Shown piece after piece: positions 61,743 through 64,000 of a stretch of DNA of 64,000 nucleotides. The stretch is from an uncultured Chloroflexia bacterium. Its GTDB lineage: Bacteria > Chloroflexota > UBA6077 > JACCZL01. A program made the position numbers and the translations under genes. The stretch lies in NCBI GenBank assembly GCA_963765765.1, contig CAVXYC010000019.1:288001-352000 (forward strand). Reading direction: 5' to 3'. Position 1 is the first letter of the stretch, and each line of letters starts with the position of its first letter. The notes under the pieces are model-generated. The model did no database searches, was not told the DNA's origin, and saw only the letters and a list, made by a program, of their open reading frames with translations.

Positions 61743-63639
61743 ATGTGCGGAATCTGCGGCGTATTTAATTTCGGTCGCTCCGAGCCGGTCACACCTGAGC
61801 TCGTCGAAGCGATGTCAGACACCATGCTTCACCGTGGTCCGGACGACGGCGGACTTTACATGTCGCTGGATCATCGCGTGGGGCTGGGTTTTCGTCGCCT
61901 CAGCATCGTCGACCTTGCCGGCGGCCATCAGCCGATGGCCAACGAGACGGACGATGTCTGGATCGTGTTCAACGGCGAGATCTACAACCACGCCGATCAC
62001 CGCGCGGAGCTGGAGCGACGCGGCCATCCGTACCGAACCCGCTGCGGATACTGAGACGATCGTCCATCTCTACGAAGAGTACGGGGCGGACTGCGTCGAC
62101 CTTCTCCGGGGAATGTTCGCCTTTGCCATCTGGGACGAGCGCCGGCGACGGCTGTTCATGGCACGCGACCGCATCGGTATCAAGCCGCTCTACTACACCG
62201 TGCGCGATGGCGTCTTCCTATTCGCGTCTGAGATCAAGGCGCTGCTATCCCATCCACTGGTTTCGCGTGAGCTTGATCAGGAGGCTCTGCATCACTACCT
62301 GACATTCGCGTCTACGCCGGCTCCCTTCACGCTGTTCAAAGGCATCCAGAAGCTGCCTCCCGGGCACACCATGACTGTTTCGGCGGGCGGAGAAATCTCC
62401 ACGCGGCGTTACTGGGACCCTGCTGCCTTTCGCGGGGATGATCCGCCACGGCCGGAGTGGGAATACGTGGAGCGCCTACGCGAAAAGCTGCGTGAGTCGG
62501 TCAAGCTGCGTATGATGAGCGACGTGCCATTCGGTGTGTTCCTGAGCGGTGGGCTTGATTCCAGCTTGAACGTGGCGCTGATGAGCGAGCTGATGGATCG
62601 CCCGGTGGATACGTTTTCGGTCAGCATCGAGGGTGACGAAGTCAGTGACGAACTTCACTGGGCTCGCCTGGTGGCGAAGGAATTTGGCGCGAATCACCAC
62701 GAGACCACGATTAGCGATCAGACATTCGTCGATTTCTTCCCGAAGATGGTGCACCACCAGGACGAGCCATTAGCTGACCCTGTGTGCGTGCCTATTCACT
62801 ACGTCTCCGAGCTGGCGCGAAAGAACGGTACGATCGTGGTCCAAGTCGGCGAAGGATCTGACGAGCTCTTCTGTGGCTACACGGGCTGGCAACGTTACCT
62901 CTCGTTCTACAGCCGCGCCTGGAAGCCGTTCATTCGGATGCCGGGCCTACTTCGCGGCGCTGCCGCCACGCTCGTTGGACCGGCGCTGTCTCCCACACGA
63001 CGCGATTTTCTGGATCGAGCCGCGCATGACCGTGAGCTGTTCTGGAGCGGCGCGATAGCGTTCTGGGAATCGGAGAAGCGGGACTTGTTGCAGGATCGCG
63101 GAACGGTAACGCTGCCGTGGACTCGTTCGATGTTATCCGTGCGCACCTTGACCGCCTTGACAGCATTTCGCCGGGCAGGATCAGCTTCATCGGATGACGT
63201 TCCTGGAGCTGAATCACCGCCTGCCTGAGCTCCTGCTTATGCGCGTGGACAAGATGTCCATGGCCCAGTCCATCGAAGCCCGGGTGCCCTTTCTCGATCA
63301 CAAGGTTGTTGAGCTGGCGCTGAGTATCCCCTCGTCTCTCAAATACCGTGACGGTGAAACGAAGTACGTGCTCAAGCGCGCGGCGGATGGCATTCTTCCG
63401 CGCGAGATCATCTATCGCCAGAAGGCTGGCTTCTGCGGATCGTCTCGAAACATGCTTTCGCCGCGCCTGCTCGAATTCTCGGAGCAAGTCATTCCAGATT
63501 CATCGATTATCCGAACCACTTCAATCTCCCGGTCGTCCAGATGCTTCTGAGTGATCAGCGTGAAGGGCGGGCGGACAACAGTTTCAAGATCTGGAATCTG
63601 CTCAATCTGGCGCTCTGGCACCAGCATTGGTTCGAGTAG
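61743..63639 (+). CDS. asnB: Asparagine synthase (glutamine-hydrolysing)/amidotransferase, several frameshifts
   Basis: MCGICG, HRGPD, RRLSIVD, NGEIYN, LSGGLDSS, GEGSDE, RVDKMSMA..IEARVPFLD, WNLLNLALW. Confidence 0.9.
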
Positions 63640-63729
63640 CTGAGTGCGCGCAGCGCATTAGAGTGCGCGCAAGGATCGCCGCTTCTTGTTCGCGTCGTTC
63701 GCCGATCGCATGGATCAGCCCACCCGCGT

Positions 63730-63856
63730 CCCTGTCATTCTGAGGGACGAGGAATCTCAACGGACTGGATGCGTCTGGTGGCGAGAATAGCGACTCGTTC
63801 TCCGTTGAGTGCCTGCCGATTTCCGTCAGATGCTTCGTCCCTCAGAATGACAGGGA
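63730..63856. repeat. REP-like palindrome of the GTCATTCTGAG family
   Basis: ccctgtcattctgagggacgaggaatct ... agatgcttcgtccctcagaatgacaggg. Confidence 0.7.
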
Positions 63857-64000
63857 GACGGATAGTCAGACAAAGTTACTGGTGACGAATCCGGGCGGAA
63901 TGCGGCGATGCTCACCGGGTGGCTGGGGTGTCTGATTACGTTAAGGACGAGCCGGAATTCATCACGGTTGCAGCGTGACATTTGCCACTTACGCGCCGGT

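Noticed and set aside
61743-63639. AsnB as lasso-peptide cyclase
   Set aside because: It has an intact N-terminal Cys glutaminase domain, and no precursor or B-protein is visible nearby

Overview
GC-rich bacterial chromosomal segment. The gene set suggests Chloroflexota, but this is an inference. Many genes carry single-base indels that look like uncorrected long-read errors. Most of the window is catabolic: a TctAB transporter with a Rieske dioxygenase alpha/beta pair, three more stand-alone Rieske oxygenases, a Rieske ferredoxin, methylcrotonyl-CoA carboxylase, a CoA transferase, a bicupin, an RraA-family protein, a molybdoenzyme large subunit and a dienelactone hydrolase. Envelope genes include an L,D-transpeptidase, SH3 and CAP proteins, GT39, a dynamin-like GTPase, DUF2207/DUF4178 and asnB. 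Main points of interest: (1) an ArsC/Spx-family selenoprotein candidate missing from the ORF track (29558-29908, UxxC motif plus a SECIS-like hairpin); (2) an AT-richer island with a Pycsar anti-phage pair (PycTIR plus a probable uridylate cyclase) beside a decayed phage tail-fibre fragment; (3) a ureABC cluster with no adjacent accessory genes and a remodelled flap and substrate pocket; (4) an AirS-like Cys-rich two-component system upstream of an SDR and a QueA-like gene; (5) an ECF41 operon with a perfect cognate promoter; (6) several families of REP-like palindromes. No rRNA, tRNA, CRISPR array, transposase or integrase was recognised.
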